A program made the position numbers and the translations under genes. The notes under the pieces are model-generated. The model did not search any database and had not been told where the DNA came from. It saw only the letters and a list, made by a program, of their open reading frames with translations. Positions 19,980-30,866 of a stretch of DNA of 64,000 nucleotides are shown in pieces; the stretch's first letter is position 1; each line of letters opens with the position of its first letter. The stretch is from an uncultured Nitrospiraceae bacterium. Its GTDB lineage: Bacteria > Nitrospirota > Nitrospiria > Nitrospirales > Nitrospiraceae. The stretch spans positions 256,001-320,000 of the forward strand of contig CAWJWJ010000002.1 of the NCBI GenBank assembly GCA_963846575.1. The letters are read 5' to 3'.

Positions 19980-20277
19980 GTCCGTTATGGATGGCGGATC
20001 CGCCCCGCGAGGGTGACTGTGATGTCGATTCAGATTCCGGTCCTGATTTTTGTGTGCACGACGGGGATGCGAGGGGCTTTCCTGGCCTGATCGTGCGTGA
20101 GCGGGCAGGGTCTTGAAACAGACTGACACCGTCGACACAGCCTCATCCAACTAAAAATCTGCGCTGTGCTCTGCCAGCGAGAGGAGATAGCCCTCTCCTC
20201 GCGTGCGCGTCAGATCTTTCCTTCGAGGAAGGGGGCTGACGATCATATTTCGCAGGATGGACTGACGACGACGTGAA

Positions 20278-20514
20278 TTAACGTCCGGGAACGGGGTGAG
20301 GCAGATCCTTGGCGCCTAAGGTCTGACGCCACTCAGCGGTGATCTCGTCGCGTTCTTCCATGGTCATGCCCGCGTATTTACGGAACATCTGAGGCCCTCG
20401 TCGGCGGCGCCACGTGAGAAAGCTGAGAAAGTGGTCTTTACAGACAGATTGGGTCCCGGCCGGCGCATAGACCCTCCCTTGACATCCTTCGATTAAACAG
20501 ATCTGTCCGCTCAT
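20278..20514 (-). CDS. Small protein with a C-x4-C-x13-C-x2-H motif
   Basis: MSGQICLIEGC...VCKDHF; GGGAGG RBS. Confidence 0.65.
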   Translation of the reverse strand: MSGQICLIEGCQGRVYAPAGTQSVCKDHFLSFLTWRRRRGPQMFRKYAGMTMEERDEITAEWRQTLGAKDLPHPVPGR

Positions 20515-20756
20515 CGGTGCCTCCCTTGAATTTGGCAAAGTATGCAGGAGATCGCGTTGCAAATGCAATGTCAGTCCAGCCGCGTGAGGCCGGAAGCCGG
20601 ACGCTCGGGCTTGCGACAGGCGCGGGGTTGAGCGGTCACACAGTTCGCGGGGAGACGCTCCTCGTGAGTCTGACGGAGGGAAATTCCGCTTGCAATCGCA
20701 ACGAGCGGCCAGGTACCGTACCGCGTTCCCCCGCATAGTTTAGGATCACGTGTGGC

Positions 20757-21011
20757 ATGGCGATGCAGGTCATTTCGGTGGTCGGAGCTCTGATGGTGCT
20801 TATCGCCTATGGCCTGATCCAAGCCGGAACCTGGCGTGAGTTGGACGCGGGATATCTGGCGCTGAACATCATCGGTTCACTACTCTTGGGAATCGTCGCC
20901 ATAGAAGACCGACGCGTGGGATTCGTCCTGCTGGAATTCGCCTGGGCCGGGATTGCAATGATCGGAGTCGCGCGGGCTGTTCGAGCCAGACGCGTTGCAC
21001 GTGGCCTGTAA
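20757..21011 (+). CDS. Small three-TM membrane protein (CBU_0592-like)
   Basis: Pattern GALMVLIAYGL...YLALNIIGS...FVLLEFAW. Confidence 0.7.
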   Translation: MAMQVISVVGALMVLIAYGLIQAGTWRELDAGYLALNIIGSLLLGIVAIEDRRVGFVLLEFAWAGIAMIGVARAVRARRVARGL

Positions 21012-21073
21012 CGGGTGACCGCAGGATACACAACAGACATCGGATAGTCTTGTAACGAAGGAGTAAAGGAACT

Positions 21074-21556
21074 ATGGCAGGGTTATTGTCGGCAGATGAC
21101 ATATTCGAGCAGGCCAGAAACGCAGCCGCTGCGGCCACGAATCAGGACGAGAAGCCGCTTCAGATCGACTATGAGGCGTTACAACTCAAATTTCGCGCGG
21201 CCCTCGGCGATCGCAAGGTGGCGCGATGCCACATCAACAAGTTTCTGCCGGAAGGATACGAAGACCAGGGGCGCTTCAATCTCATGATCCTGACCGTCGG
21301 CAACGTCATCTTTGATATCGTAATCGGAGATTCGTATTTCCGCTACGACGTGGTATCCGTTGGGCAGTTGGATAAAGTCCAGGTCATCGATGCGATGTGG
21401 GACAATCGTGAGAAACGCCAGGAGGAGCCGTTCCTGAGCCTCCGGCTGATGCACGCTGAGGAAACCCATTTGTTGCTGGCATTGGGCGACAACGAGCGGA
21501 AGAGCCTGCTGGACTTCGCATCGGCCGTGTCCGCCGTGCGAAACCCCGAAAAGTAA
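21074..21556 (+). CDS. Hypothetical protein
   Basis: 160 aa ORF with AAGGA RBS and protein-like composition. Confidence 0.75.
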   Translation: MAGLLSADDIFEQARNAAAAATNQDEKPLQIDYEALQLKFRAALGDRKVARCHINKFLPEGYEDQGRFNLMILTVGNVIFDIVIGDSYFRYDVVSVGQLDKVQVIDAMWDNREKRQEEPFLSLRLMHAEETHLLLALGDNERKSLLDFASAVSAVRNPEK

Positions 21557-21562
21557 CTGGGG

Positions 21563-22654
21563 TCAGGCGCGGACGTAGAACGGGAGGGCATGGACGGTCG
21601 CCGAATGGCGCGTCCCTGCCACTTCCACGGTCAGATTCGTATCGGGCGCTGAAAAATCCCGCAGTGGAAATCCGAATGCGAGTACGGCGTTGCGTTGCGG
21701 GGAAAAGGCCGCGCTGCTGATCCAACCCACCTCACGCTCACCGCTGAACAGCTTGGACCCTTTGGGCGGGACCGTCTTGTCCTGAAGGATCAATCCGACC
21801 AGGTGTCGGCGAACGTTCCCATAGGTATCCATTCTGGCCACGACCTCCTGTCCCGGATAGCAGCCCTTGGACAAGCTGAAGGCCTTTCCTTCCAGATTGG
21901 CTTCCGGCGGGACGATCTCCTCATTCAGGTCAGGGCCTGTCTTGGGCAGGCCGGCTTCGATCCTCAGGGCTTCCCTGGCCTGGGCACCTACCGGCTTGAG
22001 GCCGAAGGTTGAACCGGCGGACATCAACTGCTCCCATGCGGCCGTAAGGCCTTCACTAGGGATGAGCACTTCAAAATCTTGCTCACCCGTTTCTTCGGTG
22101 CGGATGAGCCAGGCCGGCTGTCCGCCGATGGTGCATGACAACATATGCAGGAGATCCAGCGAACGCACGTCCGTGCCGAAGGCCGCCGTCACCACCTCAG
22201 CCGATCTCGGGCCGCTCACCACCAGCAATCCCCAACTGTCCGTGCAATTTTCCATCTTGGCTTTGGTGCCGTAGAGCAGAAACTTCCGCAACGCGTGGAA
22301 CGTGGTGTCCCCTACTTCGCCCACATCTTCTATCCAGACGGCATCCGATTGGACATAGACCCGGAAGTAGCCGAGCATCTTCCCCTTATGGGTGAGAAAG
22401 CTGGAGTAGCGTCCCTGTCCGGCTTGGAGCGGGAGAAGGTCGTTGCTGATGATGCTCTGCAGCCACTTGATCCGGTCATCGCCCGTCACCCGGATCTTCC
22501 CCCGGTGAGACAGATCGGAGAGGCCGGCCGCCTGGCGAACGGCCGCATGTTCCACCGTGACCTGATCGTAGTGCGCCGGGACGGACGAACCCGATATCTC
22601 TTCAAAGGTAGCGCCGAGCTGCACATGCAGATTGTGAAGAGGAGATTCTTTCAT
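21563..22654 (-). CDS. YgfZ/GcvT-family folate-binding protein
   Basis: DLSHRGKIRVTG, LRIEAG and the YgfZ signature KGCYPGQE. Confidence 0.88.
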   Translation of the reverse strand: MKESPLHNLHVQLGATFEEISGSSVPAHYDQVTVEHAAVRQAAGLSDLSHRGKIRVTGDDRIKWLQSIISNDLLPLQAGQGRYSSFLTHKGKMLGYFRVYVQSDAVWIEDVGEVGDTTFHALRKFLLYGTKAKMENCTDSWGLLVVSGPRSAEVVTAAFGTDVRSLDLLHMLSCTIGGQPAWLIRTEETGEQDFEVLIPSEGLTAAWEQLMSAGSTFGLKPVGAQAREALRIEAGLPKTGPDLNEEIVPPEANLEGKAFSLSKGCYPGQEVVARMDTYGNVRRHLVGLILQDKTVPPKGSKLFSGEREVGWISSAAFSPQRNAVLAFGFPLRDFSAPDTNLTVEVAGTRHSATVHALPFYVRA

Positions 22655-22688
22655 GCTGGGATGCGCGCTTTCTCTCTGGTGATCAGCG

Positions 22689-23072
22689 TCACGGCTGTGC
22701 AGACGGCTGATGGTGAATAAGGTCTTCAACGAGATCTTTGGTGCGCGAGGAAAACTCGTTCCGGGATACCACCTTCGTGACCCCGAGTTCCTTGGCGCGT
22801 TTCCATGTGTCCACTTCCTCGTGATTGGCGAAGGCGAGGATAGGAAATCGAAGGGCGGCATCGGCCTGAAGGGATTCGAGCGCTTTGAAGGCATCGATGC
22901 CCAGGTCGTTCATATTGATGATCATGGCTGCGGGCGTGGCCGACCCGGCTTTCTGCAGCACGTCTTCCTGATTGCGGATCCGCTCCAGCGTATAGCCCTG
23001 CGGTCGTAAGGCGTCACGCACCTTCGTGTAGAAAAATATGTCGGTGACCGCCACTAAGATGGTGGTGCTCAT
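22689..23072 (-). CDS. Receiver-like protein (degenerate)
   Basis: CheY-like topology with IINMN in place of the phospho-Asp and VSRN in place of the Lys. Confidence 0.65.
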   Translation of the reverse strand: MSTTILVAVTDIFFYTKVRDALRPQGYTLERIRNQEDVLQKAGSATPAAMIINMNDLGIDAFKALESLQADAALRFPILAFANHEEVDTWKRAKELGVTKVVSRNEFSSRTKDLVEDLIHHQPSAQP

Positions 23073-23085
23073 AGGGCTGATGCTC

Positions 23086-23601
23086 CTAATTGAGAGAGCT
23101 GACGAGACGCCCGAGGGCCTTTTTTGCCAGGGTGTAATCGGGATTGAGGGCGAGGGCCTGCTTGTAACAGTCGATGGCCTCGCTCCACTTGCCCTGGCGC
23201 TCGTACACGCGGCCGAGGTTCAGATGGGGAAAGGCGGGACTCTCATACCGCCTGGCCTGCATGGCCTTTTGAAACCAGGGTATGGCCTCGTCCAGATCAC
23301 CTTTTTCGATCAGATAGGCCCCGATGTCGTTATAGGGGTTCCCGAAGTCCGGATCACAGGAGATCGCCTTGTGGCACTCATCGATCGCCTCGTCCAGCTT
23401 GCCCATGAAACTATAGGTCCATCCGAGGAACGTGTAAGCTTCCGCCGTACGGTGCGTCGCCAGGGACAGTTTGTAGAGGCTGACGGCTTCCTCCAGTTGC
23501 CCCTTCATTTGCTGCTCGTAGGCTTGCTGAAAGAGCTGCCAGGCTTCGCGCTTATCGGCCTCGCTGCCGTCGCCCTGTACGAGAAAGTCCTGTACATCCA
23601 T
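23086..23601 (-). CDS. TPR repeat protein
   Basis: About four TPR repeats (AEAYTFLG, NPYNDIG, PHLNLG). Confidence 0.88.
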   Translation of the reverse strand: MDVQDFLVQGDGSEADKREAWQLFQQAYEQQMKGQLEEAVSLYKLSLATHRTAEAYTFLGWTYSFMGKLDEAIDECHKAISCDPDFGNPYNDIGAYLIEKGDLDEAIPWFQKAMQARRYESPAFPHLNLGRVYERQGKWSEAIDCYKQALALNPDYTLAKKALGRLVSSLN

Positions 23602-23625
23602 GGTCCGTCTCTTTTCTCTCTCGAG

Positions 23626-24426
23626 CTATCGCGTCGCCAGTTTCTTCTGAATCAACTCCGCACCATAACGTCCGGACAGGAGCATCGAGCCGAAGGCCGG
23701 TCCCATGCGTGGGGTGCCGAAAACCGCCGCAACAGCCAATCCGATGACAAAGCAGTTCGCGTAGACTTCCCCGGTCCGGTCCATGACCTCTTCTTCCGAG
23801 CGAGACACCCACATGGCGCCATTACCAGGCACGGATTGATACAGATTGCGTTTGTTCAAAAGATTGACCACGACCGCGTCATGTCCGGTCGCATCCACGA
23901 CGATTTTACTCTCCAGCGCGATGGGATCAACATGAATAATATCGTGGCCGGCCATTTCAGCCGTCGTGCTATTCACGACCACCCCCTCGAGCACGGCATC
24001 CCGCCGCAAGATCAAATCGACCACACGTGTCAGGTTCATAATCTTCGCACCGGCGCTGTAGGCGGCGGCAATTAACGCGCCCGTGGCATGGGGAGGGTCG
24101 ACCATGTACATGCCGGGACATTCCTTGATCTGCTTGCAGGGCACACCTACTTCTTTCAGGATCTTGTGCGCGGGGGCGCAAATGGTGGCCTTGTTCATCA
24201 AGTACCCGCCGGACCAGAACCCTCCGCCCAAGGCCAGGCTTTGTTCGACGATGAGCGTCTTGACACCCATCCTGGCCAGGTCGTGAGCGCAGATCAACCC
24301 CGACGGACCGGCGCCGACGATGATGACGTCGCTCTCGATGAGCTGGTCGAATTCCTTATAATATTCCCGCGCGATATGACGGGTGATGTCGCGCTCGCGT
24401 AACGGCGCCGGTTTTGGCTTGCCCAT
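23626..24426 (-). CDS. thi4: Sulfide-dependent adenosine-diphosphate thiazole synthase (His-type Thi4)
   Basis: DVIIVGAGPSG, GGGFWSGG, HVDP, DATGHDA, GAMW and RMGPAFGSMLLSG motifs. Confidence 0.92.
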   Translation of the reverse strand: MGKPKPAPLRERDITRHIAREYYKEFDQLIESDVIIVGAGPSGLICAHDLARMGVKTLIVEQSLALGGGFWSGGYLMNKATICAPAHKILKEVGVPCKQIKECPGMYMVDPPHATGALIAAAYSAGAKIMNLTRVVDLILRRDAVLEGVVVNSTTAEMAGHDIIHVDPIALESKIVVDATGHDAVVVNLLNKRNLYQSVPGNGAMWVSRSEEEVMDRTGEVYANCFVIGLAVAAVFGTPRMGPAFGSMLLSGRYGAELIQKKLATR

Positions 24427-24557
24427 GCAGTCTTCTCCCTCGTCGGCAGTCGATCGTGGCTCCCAGCCTCCTGCTGAGCTCTGCCAAAGCCTCAGCGTCT
24501 CCCGGGGTTGCGCTGAATCTTGGAATTGCCCGGCCCTGGGTGGCCTCTTGACCAGCC

Positions 24558-26561
<2,004 letters not shown>

Positions 26562-26581
26562 TCACGAAGCCAGTAGATCGG

Positions 26582-26667
26582 TCGCTTCCCTACGCTGGTA
26601 TTACCCAGGTCAGGTTGTGAGGGTCGCCCGATCGCTCGGACTCTCAGCCGGATGGCACCCCTAGCTG
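26582..26667 (-). ncRNA. TPP riboswitch
   Basis: GGGGTGC...GCTGAGA...ACCC...AACCTGACCTGGGTAATACCAGCGTAGGGAAG upstream of thiC; promoter TTGACT-17-TACGAT at 26677-26705. Confidence 0.95.
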
Positions 26668-26735
26668 TCGCAGGTGATCGTACTCACCTGTCGGCACGAA
26701 GTCAATCTTCTGGAAGGCCTAGAGGCCGAGGGCCT

Positions 26736-27758
26736 TCAGGGGTAAAGCATTGAGCCGGATGATTTCGTGTTATCACGACGGACCGCCCGACCCGAGACTG
26801 ATTTCGAGTGGTTGCGGAAACGGGCCGGCGGCAGCCTGAACTCACGTTTGAAGGCCCGGTTAAAGGCCGCCTCCGATTCATAACCGACCTCCGCGGCGAT
26901 TTCGGCCACGCTCCGGCTGGTGGATTTCAGGATCTGCGCGCCGAGCTGCAATCGCCAGCGCGTGAGGTAGGCAATGGGTGTCTCCGAAAGGTACCGTCGA
27001 AAACGCTCGGCCAGGACGGAGCGGGACATGCCGACCTCATTCGCGAGCGTGGCAATCGTCCAAGGATGGGCCGGTTGTCGGTGCAGCAGGGCCAAGGCCT
27101 TTCCGACTTCCGGGTCGCGAATGCCGGCCAGCCAGCCGGTGTGTTCCGGTGGGAGTAAGGCAATATAACGCCGCAACGTTTCAACGAAGAGGACTTCGGA
27201 CAGCTTGGCGAGCACGGCTTCTTCCCCAGGCCTGGAGGCATCCGCATTATTCACCGAATACCGGATGGAGTTTTCCAGCCACTGACCGGACGCGTCCTGG
27301 CGAATGTTGACCTTCAGGATGGGCGGCAGCCCGCCGAGGAAGATCCGGCTGAGTTGAGGTTCGCAGGTCAGGTAGCCGCAGATGAGTTTAGTGAGTTCTC
27401 CCCCTCCGCCCAGGCGGGAAACCTTGAGGCCTTCGGACAGGATCCTGTGCAGCTCTTGCGAGCTGTCGACCGGCGTGACAGGCGCGCCGTTTCCCATCAC
27501 GTGCGCATCACCGTGCGGCAGGATCACGATGTCCCCCGCCTGCAGGGGAAGCGACCGATCGTCTCCCTCGAGATGCACGTAGCCGCGGCCCTCGGTTAAT
27601 AAATGATAAATGATGACGTGCCTGGACTCCGGGGAAAGATACGGAGCCATGGCGTGGGAGGCAGGTTGACCAACGCACCAGGGCGCTGAAAACTCGGCAT
27701 TGTAATACAGGGCGCCGTCGAGCCTGACGGCCTTGAGGACCTCGGACAAGACATCCAT
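26736..27758 (-). CDS. AraC-family regulator with N-terminal cupin domain
   Basis: MDVLSEVL...GDIVILPHGDAH cupin; WTIATLA...GMSRS...GYESEAAFNRAFKR HTH. Confidence 0.92.
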   Translation of the reverse strand: MDVLSEVLKAVRLDGALYYNAEFSAPWCVGQPASHAMAPYLSPESRHVIIYHLLTEGRGYVHLEGDDRSLPLQAGDIVILPHGDAHVMGNGAPVTPVDSSQELHRILSEGLKVSRLGGGGELTKLICGYLTCEPQLSRIFLGGLPPILKVNIRQDASGQWLENSIRYSVNNADASRPGEEAVLAKLSEVLFVETLRRYIALLPPEHTGWLAGIRDPEVGKALALLHRQPAHPWTIATLANEVGMSRSVLAERFRRYLSETPIAYLTRWRLQLGAQILKSTSRSVAEIAAEVGYESEAAFNRAFKREFRLPPARFRNHSKSVSGRAVRRDNTKSSGSMLYP

Positions 27759-27954
27759 GCGCGCTCCCTGCTGAGGCGGCGTCGTTTCGGCAAACATTAT
27801 CGGACGCCTAGGCAAGTCGCGCGCAGCCTAACATGCTCCTGCAAAGAGAACCAGACTCCCGGATAAGGCATGAACCGGCGATCCGCCTATACTGCGACCG
27901 TGGTTGAGGCGGCGAGGCCAATCTATTATTCCACAACACGAAGGGAGGGACACC

Positions 27955-28776
27955 ATGTTGACCCGCGCACGATTAGCTGAGGCCGAGACTGTGAAGACGC
28001 GTCTTAAGCAGACCTGGATGGCCGGCGACTACGACCGCTTCTCGCGTTACATGGAAGGCGGTGCAAGGGAGTTCTACGAGCGCCTTACGCTTGCTCAGGG
28101 CTGCCGCCTCCTGGACGTGGGCTGTGGCTCAGGCCAATTGGCTCTCATGGCTGCGAAGGATGGTTTGGACGTGACCGGTGTGGACATCGCCGGCAATCTG
28201 GTGGAACGGGCCCGGGCGCGTGCGGAGGCGGAGGGCCTGCCGGCCCGGTTCGAGGAAGGCGATGCGGAGGCGCTCCCCTTCGAGGATGCGAGTTTCGATG
28301 TGGTGGCGAGCCTCATCGCGGCGATGTTCGCGCCACGGCCGGATCTGGTGGCTCTGGAACTCCTGCGGGTGTGCAGGCCCGGCGGCACGATTGCCATGGC
28401 CAATTGGACGCCGCAGGGATTCGTGGGGCAAATGTTCAAGACTGTTTCCGCCTTTATTGCGCCCTCCGGGATGCCCTCTCCGGTTCTCTGGGGAGATGAA
28501 GCCACCGTCCGTGAGAGGCTCGGCGAGGGACTGTCCGATCTCAAGCTGGCCAGGCGCGAGTACAGGCTGACTTACCCCTTTACTGCTTCCGAAGTGGTGG
28601 AGTTTTTCCGCCTGTATTATGGCCCCATCAATCGCGCGTTTGCTTCCCTTGATGCCGGGGGCGGCAGCCGCCTTCGTCAGGAGCTTGAAGCGCTCTGGTC
28701 TGTCCACAACCGAGCGGGAAGCGGCTGCACCACCGTTTTTGCTGAATATCTGGAAGTTGTCGGCATTCGAGCGTGA
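27955..28776 (+). CDS. Class I SAM-dependent methyltransferase
   Basis: LLDVGCGSG, GDAEALPFEDASFD and RVCRPGG. Confidence 0.9.
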   Translation: MLTRARLAEAETVKTRLKQTWMAGDYDRFSRYMEGGAREFYERLTLAQGCRLLDVGCGSGQLALMAAKDGLDVTGVDIAGNLVERARARAEAEGLPARFEEGDAEALPFEDASFDVVASLIAAMFAPRPDLVALELLRVCRPGGTIAMANWTPQGFVGQMFKTVSAFIAPSGMPSPVLWGDEATVRERLGEGLSDLKLARREYRLTYPFTASEVVEFFRLYYGPINRAFASLDAGGGSRLRQELEALWSVHNRAGSGCTTVFAEYLEVVGIRA

Positions 28777-29214
28777 CCGAGTTGCAAGAGAATCCGAGGG
28801 AGATCCGCACCTCCGGGCGGCTATCCTGGCAGAGGATGGCCGCCTGTTCAATGTAGCCTGATGCAGGTCGCACGGCGCCGTTCCTGCTTGATCGCCTCCC
28901 CGTCGTCGTCACTCTTTCGTGTGCCGATTTTCCGTCTGTACGAGCCCCCTTCTTCCTTCTTTATCTGCCCCTGAACCCCCTGCCGCGTGTCGATGACTCT
29001 TCAAGCGGTTCGCGAGACACCTGTGTCTGATTCTCAAGAAGCTCCGGACCATCCGTCTCGATGCAGCGCTGTTGCGCGGCCATTATTGTTTTCGCGTTTT
29101 GTAGAGAGTGGCATCGACCGGCAGGGTTCATCTCGATTTGCCGGATGAGCGGGGGGTAAGATTGACGTAACGATTCGCTGAGGGACATGCGAAAACAGAA
29201 ATGGAGACCGTATC

Positions 29215-29811
29215 ATGAAGGGTGGAGGATTCTGGATTGGACTCGCAGTGGGAGCGATCGCAATGGGTCTCCTCGGTCAGCGCAGTCCTGCTGTCGCAAG
29301 CAAGGAGGTCACTCCACCCGCATGCGTACGAGCCGAAGCCGTTGCCGACTACATCCATAGTGTGATCCAAGCGGATCGGACGTTTTATACGACCGACGTC
29401 GTTGAGCGGATGCAGATGCGGGGCATCGTCTTCGCCGGGGAGAACTGGCGAGAGAGTTCGCGGCTTCCCCTCCCGGCTCAGTTCCTGTTGGAGGCGGGAC
29501 GGCTCGTGGCAGGAGGACATAGCGGGCTTCGATACCGGTTGGTCAGCAATTGGGCGATTAACAGTAAAAACAGCCCGGCCACTGACTTCGAGAGAACCGG
29601 CCTGAAGGAGGTGCTGGTGAACCCAAGCCAGCCCTACACGGCTGTCACGACAGAGGGTGGAACCTCCGTATTTCAGGCACTCTATGCAGATCGAGCCATG
29701 TCCCAGTCCTGCGTGGGGTGCCATAATGCCCATCCCAACAGCCCCAAAAAAGACTTCAAGCCGCGGGACGTCATGGGGGGGATTGTGGTGACCATTCCCC
29801 TGTCCCGATAG
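29215..29811 (+). CDS. Exported c-type heme protein (DUF3365/Tll0287-like)
   Basis: Signal peptide, LPLPAQ, NSPATDFE, C-terminal CVGCH...DVMGG. Confidence 0.8.
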   Translation: MKGGGFWIGLAVGAIAMGLLGQRSPAVASKEVTPPACVRAEAVADYIHSVIQADRTFYTTDVVERMQMRGIVFAGENWRESSRLPLPAQFLLEAGRLVAGGHSGLRYRLVSNWAINSKNSPATDFERTGLKEVLVNPSQPYTAVTTEGGTSVFQALYADRAMSQSCVGCHNAHPNSPKKDFKPRDVMGGIVVTIPLSR

Positions 29812-29921
29812 CCGCTTTGGTCGGACTCGCCTTAGGGGGAGCGCGTTTGATGTCGGCGCGAGCGGGCGAAGCAGGATCGTGGCCCGTTGCGACCCACAGA
29901 CCTGCCGGAAATTCTTCTCGG

Positions 29922-30125
29922 TTAGCCGGCCTGCCGTTTTTTCCAGTCGTCCGTCAATAACCCTTCGAATCCCCAGTTCTCTTCGGAGATTTCTTGAATG
30001 ACGATGTGAATGTGCTCCGGCTTCTTCTGGAGGATACGGCCGAGCGAGGCCGTTACCTCTTTCACGAGTTCAGCCTTCTGCGCCCTCGTGGCACCCGTGG
30101 TGATCTGAACGTTCACATAAGGCAT
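29922..30125 (-). CDS. 4-oxalocrotonate tautomerase family protein
   Basis: Pro at position 2, QKAELV...NWGFEG; 67 aa. Confidence 0.88.
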   Translation of the reverse strand: MPYVNVQITTGATRAQKAELVKEVTASLGRILQKKPEHIHIVIQEISEENWGFEGLLTDDWKKRQAG

Positions 30126-30215
30126 GATGCTCCTCTTCGATTGGTTGGGCCGGCCAAGGCACCGGAAATGATGCCGGCCGATGGCAGCAGTCGCCGTGCA
30201 GCCTGCTAATGCAGA

Positions 30216-30563
30216 TTAAAGAGTCGGAGGAGGGGCGGACTCGCCCGTCCCGGTCTTAGACGGGACAGCCACATGCACCGTCTGCTCAGGATTGTTTCGT
30301 CTTTGTCGGCGCCGGTCCAGCCACCAGGCCAGGAGGGGAAACAGAGCGAAGGAGCCCGGAGCCAGTAAGACTAGAAGGTAGGGACTGAGCGACGTCAGGT
30401 TGCGTAGATGGCTGCGAAGCTGCGCCCGTTCCGCGGGGGTCCATCGGCTGCCGTTGCGCTGCTTCATTAACAATGGCAACAGTCCTTGCATGCCTTGCAT
30501 CTCAGCCCTGATGCGATCCCGCTCCCGGCCGAGGGGAGCAACAAAACAGCGAGGGATATTCAC
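30216..30563 (-). CDS. Hypothetical membrane-associated protein (LETM1-like pattern)
   Basis: WTPAERAQLRSHLRNL...PYLLVLLAPGSFALFPLL. Confidence 0.6.
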   Translation of the reverse strand: MNIPRCFVAPLGRERDRIRAEMQGMQGLLPLLMKQRNGSRWTPAERAQLRSHLRNLTSLSPYLLVLLAPGSFALFPLLAWWLDRRRQRRNNPEQTVHVAVPSKTGTGESAPPPTL

Positions 30564-30866
30564 GACAATCCTTTCACGGGGGTGCGGTGCACCGGGCTCG
30601 TATGCAGAGCCCGGCCCATTCTACGTGTTCGGATCCGTTTGGTCTATCGCGGTCGACGTGCACGATGAAGGCTGGGGACAGAGGGCGTTACCGCATCGGA
30701 CGGGTACGGTTGCAGGCTGCGCGTATGGAGCGCAACATGACGGGCTTCTGGCCCCTTCGACCCATCTCCATGGCCATCCATAGGCCATCTTCTCATGGAT
30801 GGTTCAATTGATTGTGGGGGAGGGGGTGTCGTAGAATTATCAACGAGATGTCGGCTGCAATAAAGG

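Noticed and set aside
20580..20690. Minus-strand CCCCGCGAACTGT and AAGCCCGAG resembling a cobalamin riboswitch
   Set aside because: Lacks GGGAA, the T-loop hairpin, GCCACTG and a proper B12 box; no B12-related gene follows
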